A DNA stretch of 64,000 bases from Trypanosoma brucei (Eukaryota). The stretch is taken from positions 1,568,001 to 1,632,000 of the forward strand of contig CM000208.1 of assembly GCA_000002445.1 (NCBI GenBank), written 5' to 3'. Under the pieces are notes generated by a model. It did not search any database. It saw only the letters and a program-made list of their open reading frames with translations, and was not told where the DNA came from. The position numbers were made by a program, and so were the translations under genes. This document shows positions 43,419-54,800 of the stretch, one piece after another. Within the stretch, counting starts at the first letter, position 1. Each line of letters starts with the position of its first letter.

Positions 43419-44315
43419 TCAACATTCCACAGGTTCACAGCTCACATTCTCCTCTATGAGATTCAAATGAGCCTCTTCAGTCGGACGATCCGTGGGATCA
43501 TTTGAGGTCGAAGGCGTCTCCGCACTTTTTTGCTTACATTCCTCTCTGATGTCAATCTCAAACATAAGTCTCTCAGCGTAATCTTCCAACACTTCCTTCT
43601 GTCGTTCCCAGTCATCATTGACGAGATGGCACCTCATCAGCCTGTCAATGTCGCCACGAGCAACGGCGCGTTGCTTAACAGCCTTACGACGACACAAGGC
43701 AACAAAAAAACGAAACACCACCAAAAAAAAACTTAAAGTAAGCAACCCCTGAGACACCGACATTAAAATAGAAATATAACTCTGCACAAACATCAAATCA
43801 GTATTCTGGCCCATGTTCAACTGTACAGTTTTCTCAGCGGAAGGCAGCAAACGGTCCCAAAAAACACCAACTGCAGCTGAATGCAACGACAAAGGCACCC
43901 AAAAAAGAGACATCTCCAATGCAAATACGGTCATCGTAGTTTTGGAGAAGGGAACCACACAGAACATACCAAAGAAAAATGACAGATAACTGGTGACAAC
44001 AGAGTAAAGCAGAATCCAGCCCACCACGTAAAACGACGAAACAAAGCGTGCACAACCCACAAAAATTTTATCACCATCGTCATTCATCTCACATATTTTT
44101 TTTCCACCCTCAAGGTACAGCACAAAGCTTGCTGAAACGTGAACAGCGTTATATCCACTGGTGCCAGGATGCTGGGGCTGAATGATGCCAACATCACGTC
44201 CGCTCACACGGCTCATAACGACAATAAGCTGAAGGATGCACGACGCAAAGAGAAAAGCGAAAGCAACCAGAATATAAATATCACGTGGCACCAGGTGGCA
44301 GAGGTGGAGTGCCAT
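43419..44315 (-). CDS. Hypothetical multi-pass transmembrane protein
   Basis: 298 aa, ATG confirmed. About 6 hydrophobic segments (e.g. 'IYILVAFAFLFASCILQLIVV', 'VVGWILLYSVVTSYLSFFFGMFCVV', 'LLTLSFFLVVFRFFVALC') followed by a charged cytosolic tail. Confidence 0.5.
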   Translation of the reverse strand: MALHLCHLVPRDIYILVAFAFLFASCILQLIVVMSRVSGRDVGIIQPQHPGTSGYNAVHVSASFVLYLEGGKKICEMNDDGDKIFVGCARFVSSFYVVGWILLYSVVTSYLSFFFGMFCVVPFSKTTMTVFALEMSLFWVPLSLHSAAVGVFWDRLLPSAEKTVQLNMGQNTDLMFVQSYISILMSVSQGLLTLSFFLVVFRFFVALCRRKAVKQRAVARGDIDRLMRCHLVNDDWERQKEVLEDYAERLMFEIDIREECKQKSAETPSTSNDPTDRPTEEAHLNLIEENVSCEPVEC

Positions 44316-46035
44316 CTTTCACCCACAAGCAACCACCACTTTACTACACCCACTTGTACCGCTCAACTACTTAAAGGCGGCACACCGACGACACGGCAGA
44401 TTACCCTTCTAAGACACTGGTGCTTCCACCGATGCAACCAAGTCCCTGCTTGAAGGGGAAAAGGGAAAAGGGGGAGAAAATACGGGAGTGACACTCCACT
44501 ATAAATGGGTGCAATTTCCTACAAACTACAGACCATATATGTGAACCCACACAGATGGAAACAATTAGTTGAAATGCTTTCACAGGCACTACCTCAATGC
44601 TCACACCAAGCAAACGTGCAGGAAGCCGGCAGAAACATTGGAAACACTTTCGATGCCATTATCGGATAGAGTGGCTCAAGCGAAGGAAATCAGCACATCA
44701 TCTAGTAGTGCCTAACAAGGAACGAAAATATATATCATGTATTCCCTACGTGGAAAAATCAACGAACCGACAATATTTCACAGCGGAATTAGTTATTAGA
44801 AAAAAGAAAAAAAAAGTGATTTGTGCCAACGGGAAAAAGAAATCTCACAAAGGAAAAATAAGCACGTTCATTCCACACCGACACTACACCCGAGTGTAAC
44901 CATCACAGCACTGTGTGTGAGTGGGATGCTAAAGTCCATAATTAGTTTTACTGTCCTCGCTGAAACTGTAAGCACGTGAAAGCAGAAGTTGCTGATAACC
45001 CTTACGCAAAACCACAATAGCTACGCTCTGGTGCCAAGTAAGGCACGTACATAACAAAACTAATTTAAAGGATATGCGGGGTATCTCCTCAACAAATGGA
45101 GTACTTTATGCCCACCTCGCGGTTTTAGCGGCAGGCAGCACTCATTGACCAAAAAAAAAAAGGAGCTCACATACCAACGCATGGATCATCACTTAAGTTC
45201 GCCCTTTGTCACATCGAATTGTCAAACAACATTACAAGGAGGACAGCACAACACAGCAAAGAAGAACAAAAAAAAATTACCCGCAACACTCACACGCACC
45301 ACGGAATAAATCATCGCTCTTTAAACCAAATATCCTGCATCCGCAAAGAGATAAACAAACAGAAGTAATTAAAAAAAAGGAAAATAAATTCATAAAAAAT
45401 AACGTGGAAGGAGCATCAAGTGGACCAGTTGAGTAGAAACGGAAAAGAGTACCTCACACTCGAGCATACACAACTGTGAAGGGGGACGCACACTCCGCAA
45501 GAGAAACAGCATGCACACACAACATGAGTCAATAAGCACCGACCACAGAATTACGACATCAACCTCTCAGGACAAGCAGCAGCAGTAAAAGATCCGGTAT
45601 ACAAATATACACCAACGAAAGAGAAGATAGATTCACCAAAGAAAGAATAGGAAACGGAGCGGCACTCATCGCAAGGTGTGGTAAGCGGGAAGCGTTACGA
45701 CCAACACACAGTTGGGGACGGTAAGAGAAACTGGAACAACGGCCATGCTACCTTAGCTAACCAATAACTCACTCAAAAAGCGAAAATAGTGACAGACCAC
45801 TATAAGACTAGGAGCGAAATCAACAAAAAAAACAGAAAAATATATACATAATGATTGGAAGGCCAAAGACAAAAGACAAGTTGACGCTATCATCCATATC
45901 TACAACAAAATCTCAAACACAGTACCTCCCTCCAAGAGTCTCCCCCCCCCGCGAACCACAGACTCGACAACTCGAATAACCTGGAATTAGAACCCTACTG
46001 AAGCGACAATAATAATGATAATAATTAATTTAAAA

Positions 46036-46072
46036 CACGAGCTGAATAATAATAAATAAATAAATAAATAAT
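46036..46072. repeat. (AATA/AAATA)n short tandem repeat in the HSP60 3' flank
   Basis: Direct read: 'aataataataaataaataaataaataatgatga'. Confidence 0.8.
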
Positions 46073-46145
46073 GATGACGTTCAATTCTGTGCGGAACATT
46101 ATGACCAGGACAACACCTGCTCAACGCTCTCAGGTTGCCTCAGCA

Positions 46146-47834
46146 TCAATACATGCCGTCCATACCTCCCATACCACCCATGCCTCCCATACCACCTGCA
46201 GCAGGTGCATCATCCTTCGGTAAATCCACAACCGCGGCCTCTGCCGTCATCATGAGGCTGGCAACAGACGCAGCGTCAGTAAGCGCAACACGAACCACAC
46301 GCGCGGGGTCGATTATTCCGGCTTCAAACATGTTCACGTAGCGATCAAGCTGCGCATCGTAACCAACAGCGGCATCAGTGTTCTCGAGCACCTTCTCAAC
46401 AACAACAGCACCTTCCCTTCCAGCATTGGCAACAATGCGGTGGGCGGGCAACCGCACCGCGTTACGGATGATCTGCACGCCAGTCCGTTGATCAGCGGTG
46501 AGTGACTGATCCTGTAGTAATCCGTCCAATGCTTTGCTCGCACGCAGCAACGCAGCGCCACCACCAGGGACAATGCCTTCCTGCACCGCAGCGCGGGTCG
46601 AGCACAGGGCATCTGTGATGCGGTCCTTCTTCTCGTTCACCTCCACCTCAGAAGCACCACCAACGCGGATTACGGCAACGCCACCACTCAGTTTTGCAAG
46701 ACGTTCTTGAAGCTTCTCGCGGTTATAGTCACTCGTCTCGCGCTCAATGAGCCCGCGCAGCAGGTCCACGCGTTCTTTCATCATCGCAACGTCGCCACCA
46801 CCGTTCAACAGTACTGTATCGTCCTTCGTGATTGTTGCCTTCTTCACACTCCCCAAGATGCTGGCGTCGAATTTCTCAGCGTCAAGTTCCACACCACTGC
46901 CTTCCTCACCAACAACGCAGGCACCACTGAAAATGGCGATGTCTTGCAGCATCGCAGCCTTGTTGTCCCCGAAACCTGGAGCCTTCACGCACGCAATCTT
47001 CAGCTTTCCTTGAAGTTTATTGAAAATCATCGTCGTCAGGGCCTCACTCTCCACATCATCCGCAATGATCAGCAATGGTCGCCCACTGCGCACCACGTGA
47101 TTCAACACCGGTAAGATCGTATGAATGTTGTTCAACTTCTTTGCAGACACAAGCACGAACGCATCTTCAAGCTCGGCCTTCTGAGTCTTCGCGTCAGTTA
47201 CGAAGTACGGGCTGATGTAACCGCGGTCCACACTCATGCCTTCCACAACTTCCAGCTCAGTCGTCAATGTCTTCCCATCTTGTGTTGTGATCACGCCATC
47301 CTTCCCCACCTTCTCCATCGCCTCCCCAATCAGCTTGCCGAGTTCAACATCACCGTTCGCGGAAATCGTCGCAACCTGCACAACGTTCTCCGTATTTGTT
47401 ACCGTTCGGCTCTGAGATTCGATGTTCTTCAGGATCACCTCCACGGCGCGGTCCATACCACGCTTCATGTCAATGGGATTCGTCCCGGTTGCAATCGATT
47501 TGATACCCTCGCTAAAGATGCTTGCAACGAGGACAGCCGATGTCGTCGTTCCATCACCCGCGAGGTCATTTGTCTTATTGCACACCTGCCGCACGAGCTG
47601 CGCACCCATGTTCTCAAACGGGTCCTTGAACTCGATCGACTTCGCAACGGTTACACCATCCTTCGTGATCTTCGGAGCACCGTACGATTGCTCGATAATC
47701 ACGTTACGTCCCTTAGGCCCAAGGGTCGTTGCAACAGCCTCCACAGCGCGTTGTACGCCCTTCAGCATAGATTGACGTGCTTCCGTGCCAAAACGGATGT
47801 CTTTGGCACCAAAACGGACGACACAGCGGAACAT
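46146..47834 (-). CDS. HSP60: Mitochondrial chaperonin HSP60 (GroEL family)
   Basis: 562 aa, ATG confirmed. GroEL signatures: '[17 protein letters not shown]', '[12 protein letters not shown]', '[27 protein letters not shown]', 'VPGGGAAL'. The C-terminal Gly-Gly-Met repeat tail is '[18 protein letters not shown]'. A polypyrimidine tract on the coding strand lies just upstream (plus 47865-47890 'aagagggaggaaggtaacc'). Confidence 0.95.
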   Translation of the reverse strand: MFRCVVRFGAKDIRFGTEARQSMLKGVQRAVEAVATTLGPKGRNVIIEQSYGAPKITKDGVTVAKSIEFKDPFENMGAQLVRQVCNKTNDLAGDGTTTSAVLVASIFSEGIKSIATGTNPIDMKRGMDRAVEVILKNIESQSRTVTNTENVVQVATISANGDVELGKLIGEAMEKVGKDGVITTQDGKTLTTELEVVEGMSVDRGYISPYFVTDAKTQKAELEDAFVLVSAKKLNNIHTILPVLNHVVRSGRPLLIIADDVESEALTTMIFNKLQGKLKIACVKAPGFGDNKAAMLQDIAIFSGACVVGEEGSGVELDAEKFDASILGSVKKATITKDDTVLLNGGGDVAMMKERVDLLRGLIERETSDYNREKLQERLAKLSGGVAVIRVGGASEVEVNEKKDRITDALCSTRAAVQEGIVPGGGAALLRASKALDGLLQDQSLTADQRTGVQIIRNAVRLPAHRIVANAGREGAVVVEKVLENTDAAVGYDAQLDRYVNMFEAGIIDPARVVRVALTDAASVASLMMTAEAAVVDLPKDDAPAAGGMGGMGGMGGMDGMY

Positions 47835-47864
47835 GTTCGGATCTTATTGTTTTGTGTTCTATGG

Positions 47865-47890
47865 TAAATATGATAAGAGGGAGGAAGGTA
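47865..47890 (-). promoter_or_regulatory. Polypyrimidine tract (coding-strand) upstream of the HSP60 start: candidate trans-splicing / upstream-gene polyadenylation signal
   Basis: Plus 'ataagagggaggaaggtaacc' equals minus 'ggttaccttcctccctcttat', 30-60 nt upstream of the ATG. The exact acceptor AG cannot be fixed without RNA data. Confidence 0.35.
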
Positions 47891-48855
47891 ACCGATACCG
47901 GTTTTTTTGTTGTTGTGTCGTGATGTTTCTTGTGATCTTTTTGTTTTCAATGTTGTTTATGTATCTCTTCCAGTGTTTGAACGCCATCAGTCATCGCAAG
48001 CTGTTGTATAGTCAGTTTTGTTAGCTTTTTTTGTTATTGTTGCCTGCTGTGATTCGTTCTTCGTTTTAGTCTTTTAGAGACGAAAAAGGTAATTTTGTAG
48101 GGTTCCCCATATAAAACAAGCATTCTGTTGTTGTTGTTTTTTTGCGGCATGGTACTTCATCTGTACAGTGACCGTGACCTGTTGATCGTTCCTCCTTTCG
48201 TTACCAACAAGCAATGCACGCACTGAAATGTGTGTTATGCAAGAATTCCCTTTGTCTTGTATCTGCTGAGAAATTTTGTTGCGTATTGCTTGCGCACAGG
48301 ACGAAGACGGAACGTGCGAAGCATTTCTTCATGCGTTATGGCACGCAAACATACACTTTGCCGTGGCCTTTTTGTGTTGAGATAGCAACTTCCCCAACCC
48401 CCTCTTTGCTTATCCCTCCTGCCGCTTCTTAGTTTAGTGTTGCCCCTGTAACTTAGCTCTTTCGCCCTTTTCCCTCGTCTAGAACTCAAATCGTCTGGAG
48501 GCCGAGTCACGCTGTAATACAGACTGAATCTCCACTTCCCTGATATTTTGCTTCATTATGGCCCTGAACAAAAAGAAGATCACTCCATCCCACATATCCT
48601 TCCATTTGATCCATTTCCGACCGCGGTGGAATGCAAGTCTTTTGACGCACAACATAAAGGTTAATACTGCTCGTGAGTTTTCAAGATATCTGAATTCGGC
48701 CATAAAACACCACCGCAGAAACTCGCAATGGCTGGATTGACAACCTACACGGAGACGTTACAGTTCAAAGAGGGCATCAGAACAGGGGTGAAATTTGATC
48801 TATGTTCCTCTCCGCCAAGTCCTCGGACTCATTGGTAAAGGCGTCACCTGGGTTT

Positions 48856-51849
48856 CTACCGATGCGAGAACTGTGTCCCGCTGAGCGTGATGAACCCCCG
48901 AACCGTACCCAGGTCCCTTTGTCGTTCGTACCACTTGGCGAGCTCCAGAGACTTAACCCGTGCTGTGTTTACAACCCCGGGGGAAATACCGGCAAGCAGC
49001 GCCACCTCAACGCCATAGCTTCTCGCGCAGATTCCGGGCACAAGGCGATAAAGAAAAGTAATGGTCGGTATATTGCTGTCACTTGCAGCAGAAACGGCAA
49101 AGTCCATGTAACCGAGCTGAACCCCCCCAGTTTCAGATGCTGCTGAGGAAGTGGATTTCTGCATGGACTTGTGCTCCTCCTGCGCGAGCGCGTGGTAGTG
49201 GGTAGAGAAGAGTAGAAGGGGCGGCACTGGGTGCCTTTTCTTCATGGCGGCGAGCATTGCGTGCGCTATTGTGTAGCCGTCGTGCGTAGATGTCCCCCTG
49301 CCGAGTTCATCCACTAAACAAAGACTCCACGGACCGGCAAACCGCACAATCTCGGCTGTCTCACTTAACTCGACATAAAGGGTACTCTGTCCTTTGTGCG
49401 TTGCATCGCGAGCGCCAATCCTTGTGAAAACACGGGTAACGGGCGCCAAGCGCATAGACGTAGCAAACACTGGTCCACCCATTTGGGCTATTATAACATT
49501 CACGGCAACTGTGCGCATCAGCGTACTCTTTCCAGCCATATTCGGTCCGGTCAGCACCAAAATGCGTCCATGTGTAGCGTCAAGATTGACAGTGTTTGGG
49601 ACAGAATCGCTTTTGAGAAATGGATGTCGTAGTTCTTCCGCAAGCAGGTACGCACCGGCGTCACATTCTTGTACAACGGGGTAGCAAGTAGCGACACCAC
49701 TGGTATGTAGCGACGCCAGACTGAGCAAACAATCAAAATAGCAAAGAGCCGCTGTGGCTTCATAAAGGACGGGGAAGTAATTAAATATATGCGAGGCAAT
49801 GTTTCGAACAACAAGTAAGAGGGCATCTGCTTTCTTCGTTTTGGCACGCTTATGCTCCTCTACCAGAGGTTCCAAACCTGCGACTGTATATCTGACACAC
49901 GCTGAAGTACGGGATCGCTCGATGAACCCAGGGGGACATCTCTTAGGTGCCTCCATCAATGGAACCTCAACCAGAAAATTTTCACGACCGATATGAGAGT
50001 AGGTGATTGCAGCACCGTTGAAAATGTTGTCGCGCAGCTCCCCTAAAACTTCATCCAATTTTTTCTCTATGATATCTAAGCACTCCGTAGCTTCGTCGTA
50101 CGCGGGACATGCTCCCTGCGATGGTACAATCACCCCTGACACCTCAGCAGCTTTTCGATCGAAACAGGCCTTGATTGAGGCGACAGCAGGAGCCACTGCG
50201 CCCATGGTTCCCCACAGTTCCTGCAAAAGAGGGGGGGCACACTCCTTTTGGACGTTGTTAGACCAATCCAGCATCTCCTCGAATGCAACAACGGTTGAAA
50301 TAATAAGTTGAAGATGCTTCTTGTACTGCACGAGAGGATCTACGAAGGCTATTTGTTGCGAGTCACCCTTCAAATCGGCCAACCGTGAAAGATTGCGCTC
50401 GAAATCTGTGGCGAAAAGGTTTGTAAATCGAGATTCAAATGTGTTTGTTGTCCTCCCCCGCTTCGATCCACACTGCGTACCACTCGCCTGAGTGAATTCT
50501 TGGGTAGGGCCCTCGGAAGTACGAGTGCTCGAATTAGGGGTGCATATTGGTGTCGTAACATCGGCAGACTCCTCCGTTTTGGCCCAGAGATCATTCAAAT
50601 TATTTTCGATGATAAAGCGTACCGCTTCCTGCCTCGCATTGATAACACGCGGGGACGCGGAAGGTCGCAAAATCCAAGAACGGAAAAGACGCTTTCCACC
50701 GTTGGTGCAACAACGGTTGATCAGATTAAAAAGAGATCCGCGTTCACTATCGTCCCGCAGGTTACCCACGAGTTCAAGATTACTTACTGTCGCGGCATCA
50801 AGAACCAACCCGGGGTCTTCGCGACGTTCGTACCACAGAAGAGTTGAATCGGAGCAACGACTTCGATCATTCGACGGCACACCGCTGGTTACCTGCTGCT
50901 TTAAAAGGTGAAAGTTGTATGGTCGAGCCTCCAAAAGTATAGAGTCAACATTACTCAACTTTAACGATCTAAAATACTGAGCTAAGAAACGACCCGCCTC
51001 CTTTAAGCTCCTCTCCTCAAGGGGGAGTTTGCGAAGTGAGGTACCAACCTCTTCAACCAGTTCAACCTGGAAACCCTCCCCTTCTACCCATTCAAATAGA
51101 CGTCTCCCAAATGATCCCTTGGGCTCCTCACCAGGCGCATCAACAGCCCCACGCGGAATTATTATTTCACGGGGACGGATTTGTTGAAGGAGCGCAGAAA
51201 CTTCATTAAGCACCTCTTCAACAAAGCCTGCGGCGCTCTCCTTGCCATTCGTACCGCAGGGACAGTGGAAAACAACGCGACGGGAAAGATCGACGGCCAT
51301 TCCATCCACACTACCGCTCCCCATTGGATACAGTGCAAGTACGAACACTGCACCATAGCCGCTGATCATCATGGGATCGGTTATGGTGCCAGGGGTAAGT
51401 ATCTCAACTAGCTCTCGTGGCACGACTTTCGGACGAGCATTTTTTGATGACTCCCCTTCCTCCTTCATTTGCTCTACTCGACCCACCTTGTAGCCCCGAA
51501 AAACGAAGAGACGGGCCCATTCACTAAATGTTTGTTCAGGGACGCCTGCAAGCCGCATTTTCCCTCGGTTAGTGGTGTCAACAACTAGCTTCAACCCGAA
51601 CTCACGGTGAGCCATAGCGGCATCTTGGTCGTAAAGCTCATAAAATTTGCCCTTTTTGAAAAAAATTACCACATCGTAGTGCTTTGACTTCACTTCCCAG
51701 TACTGTCGTTCCATGGCAGCCATTGCCTCCAAGTCCCTAGGAGGGATAGTAATAGAAGAGGGCGGTCGCTTCGGATCAATACCCCTTAAAAACGGGTAAG
51801 AAACGTTTTCAGGGCAAATGTCCTCACATTCAAGCGAAACCTCAGGCAT
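48856..51849 (-). CDS. MSH6: MutS homologue, MSH6-like mismatch-recognition subunit (MSH8-type in trypanosomatids)
   Basis: 997 aa, ATG confirmed. The N-terminal mismatch-binding domain has the Phe-X-Glu motif 'KKGKFYELYDQDA' (compare MSH6 'GKFYELYHMDA'). Walker A 'LTGPNMAGKSTLMRTVA', 'STH' in 'FSTHYH', Walker B 'LCLVDELGRGTSTHDGYTIA'. It has no long N-terminal PWWP/PIP extension. It is the first (most upstream) gene of the minus-strand transcription unit in this window. Confidence 0.8.
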   Translation of the reverse strand: MPEVSLECEDICPENVSYPFLRGIDPKRPPSSITIPPRDLEAMAAMERQYWEVKSKHYDVVIFFKKGKFYELYDQDAAMAHREFGLKLVVDTTNRGKMRLAGVPEQTFSEWARLFVFRGYKVGRVEQMKEEGESSKNARPKVVPRELVEILTPGTITDPMMISGYGAVFVLALYPMGSGSVDGMAVDLSRRVVFHCPCGTNGKESAAGFVEEVLNEVSALLQQIRPREIIIPRGAVDAPGEEPKGSFGRRLFEWVEGEGFQVELVEEVGTSLRKLPLEERSLKEAGRFLAQYFRSLKLSNVDSILLEARPYNFHLLKQQVTSGVPSNDRSRCSDSTLLWYERREDPGLVLDAATVSNLELVGNLRDDSERGSLFNLINRCCTNGGKRLFRSWILRPSASPRVINARQEAVRFIIENNLNDLWAKTEESADVTTPICTPNSSTRTSEGPTQEFTQASGTQCGSKRGRTTNTFESRFTNLFATDFERNLSRLADLKGDSQQIAFVDPLVQYKKHLQLIISTVVAFEEMLDWSNNVQKECAPPLLQELWGTMGAVAPAVASIKACFDRKAAEVSGVIVPSQGACPAYDEATECLDIIEKKLDEVLGELRDNIFNGAAITYSHIGRENFLVEVPLMEAPKRCPPGFIERSRTSACVRYTVAGLEPLVEEHKRAKTKKADALLLVVRNIASHIFNYFPVLYEATAALCYFDCLLSLASLHTSGVATCYPVVQECDAGAYLLAEELRHPFLKSDSVPNTVNLDATHGRILVLTGPNMAGKSTLMRTVAVNVIIAQMGGPVFATSMRLAPVTRVFTRIGARDATHKGQSTLYVELSETAEIVRFAGPWSLCLVDELGRGTSTHDGYTIAHAMLAAMKKRHPVPPLLLFSTHYHALAQEEHKSMQKSTSSAASETGGVQLGYMDFAVSAASDSNIPTITFLYRLVPGICARSYGVEVALLAGISPGVVNTARVKSLELAKWYERQRDLGTVRGFITLSGTQFSHR

Positions 51850-54800
51850 TGGAAAGCGGAACTAGAGATCTCCTCAACTAATTAATTCAGGATACCAAGG
51901 GTCAGATCTCCCTCCAGCACTTAGGCAAGTAAACAAGGAGCGAAAGGCAATACTATCGTAAGTAACACAGGGCACCATGAGGTAAACAAACACGAAAAAA
52001 AGTAGTTGAAAAAATAAACACATATATGCCTTCTGAAACGGTATCCGAATCCTAGCATCCCGTGGTAATAGTTATTATAAGTGTTAGACGTAAAGTGTCA
52101 ACCACGAGGGTAAACGAAGGAAAAGAAACAATAAATAATCACGCTGATGTTTGAATATCATGTCATTCCTCACCACCGTTCCGAAGGTGACAAAAACATG
52201 TATCTGCTACCTCTAACTTGAGACAAAATTGAATATAATCGTAAAGGGTGTACCCGATACATACACGAATAACACTCAGTGTAAAAATTAAAAAATGAAT
52301 AAAACGAGAAGACCTTCGGTAATACCTAAGAAGACAGAACCTGTTTCAAACTCGCTGATTACATCCAACGTCCCTCTTATCCATCAATCCGGCTTGTAGT
52401 GATGACACATTCTAGTAATCAACTGTGAAAATGGGGTGAGATCATGAAAGCAGATGTTCATCCGCTGTTCATTCCGCGAGGATGTTAAACCTACACGGAA
52501 CCTTCCTTAGCTCTCCACACTGGGCACTATGAGGAAAACATGCCGTGCTACCTGTCACTGGAAACCTGTTGCTTCACCAGCAACGATAGACTAAAACGTG
52601 GCCCCAAACCCCCAAAAAGTTAGCGCCAGGACTGAAAGTTCGTACCATTTGCCCCGCAGAGCACATGTGTGCACGAGCGTATTGCCGGTGAGGAAAGAAA
52701 AATCCATAAACGTTTTCAGCAAAACATTGGAGGCCTCGGTTTTCCATGAAATACCATACATACAAGAAACAAGCGAAACGAAAAATAAAACAAAGCACCA
52801 TAGTTGTAGTCATGGATAATGCCCGTAGTTCCTTTTTTTTTTTGAGGAATAAATGAAAACATGTTCAGATTTTTTTGAAGAAAAGGGGGAGTTGCCGACC
52901 CTTAGAAAGCACCAATCAGCTTTTTCTCCTCAAAGGTTCGACATACCGCAAAGAATTGTTCATACGGTGCCCAACATCGGTTCGTATGCACCGCTATGAT
53001 CATTTTCGAATGCAACAACCACTAACGAGTCAACCCATTGCAACAGGGGAAAAGTATAAAAAAAACAAACTACACTATTGCTTCATTCAGAAATAAAAGT
53101 GATTGATGCGGGCACTAAATGTTAGAGGAAAGACTCGCTGAATTTTGTGAGCAGCGAGTCCTCTATTATATTACTACTCATCGATTTTATTATATTTTCC
53201 TTATATAATACAATTTATAAGGGGAGATGTGCCGCCGAATCATTGCATAAGTAAGGGAAGAAATCGAGAGAAAACGCAGTAGCTTCTGCATGTTATGCAG
53301 GACCCTAGACCATGGCTAAGCTAAACTCAAAGAATTAAAAAACAGTTAGAAAACACCGAAAGGCTTGATAACAAGTGAAAACCGCCACGATGCACCGTTT
53401 AGTGATATATCTAAAGTAACAGAGTTGAACAATAACTAGTGACAACGGAAACTGCATGGCCACCTTGAGACAAATATACCATAGCCCAATTTCACGGAAG
53501 AAAAAAGTCGATAGGAGCTAGTGGGCACGAGAGCTGTTGCCCTACGTGCTGGAGAGCAAAGCAATACTGAGCAATCACGTGTCCACAAGAAAATATTATA
53601 ATCAAGGGATAAAGCTCAGCAACCGTTCACCCTTTTGGTGCTTTTTGGGACACACAAAACCGAGGACAAAAGACGCAAAACGGTGAAGAGGTAAATATGT
53701 GCATGGCACATCATAAGCCATCAAAGATAGGCATCCAATACCCAGAGATGCCCCGCGGTTAAATCGGTTCCCAGCTTGTTTTTGTTTTACCGCGACCAGT
53801 TAGTACACCAAAACTTTTTTTCGTTAATTAAAAGAGTACCCCTCCAAACAAAACACTGAACCCATTAACACCAAATCAAAAAAGCCTTAGTGTTTCAAAA
53901 TAAAAAACGCAATATAGCATAAGGGTCAAGGTACAATAAATGGATTGTAAGTGTAAAGATTAAAAGGCAAGGGGGGAAACACGATCGTGGCGTGTAGCAC
54001 TTCCTTAGAAACACATATTGCACCGGTTGCCTCACAGAATGGAAGGAAAAAGATACCAGCACAATCGCACCGATACATACGTACGATGAACCAATTCGTA
54101 GAGCTTAAGTAATTAAAAAATATGAGCAGCTGGTGGCCAGGTTCGGGGAACTCAGCACAACGCATTACCAGGTTCAGCACATCGGGTAGACGGGGGAAGG
54201 GTTGTTTGTCTTCTTCATCAGCGCTGGAGCGGCCTGTCGCCCATACGTGTAACAAACCACAGTCAACAGACTAATGGGATATTGTGTCCACAAACTCTGC
54301 AAAATCGGCTGATATTTACACAGATTGGAAAGCGAAAATTAAAAAAAACCATGTAACCAAAGGAACCTCAACCATCTCTTTCCCCTTCAAAACATTAAAA
54401 TAATTTTCAGCGAGTATAACTAATCCCTTATTCATGAAGAATCGAGCGAAAGGGAAGAATAAATGTTGGAAACAGTGGTTGTGGTAAGCATATCTTCAAC
54501 TTTTCTATCACATAGAAAGGCATTTTAAAACCTTCCAACACGAAATTTTGACAAACATCCTCGCACGTACGGCCAACCCTCCGCAACAACACATGAACGA
54601 TGTTTACACACCTTACATGTATGGTTCCGGGAGTTCACCCTTCCCAGAGCCGCTGTTCGGTGAAAATCAAAAGAGGGCTATTATGTTATCCGTGACGATA
54701 TAAACAAACGCACAAAAGCGCAGTGAATCTCACCTATTTAAGAATAAGTTAAAGCTATGACAAAAATACAATAAGAAAGGGAAAGAGTTGGCTAGTGGAT

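Noticed and set aside
47121-47867. 248-aa plus-strand ORF, with 46707-47114 and 46747-47013, lying antisense inside the HSP60 CDS
   Set aside because: It is entirely contained within the strongly supported GroEL-family ORF on the opposite strand. GC-rich codon-biased genes routinely give long antisense ORFs. No motifs were found.
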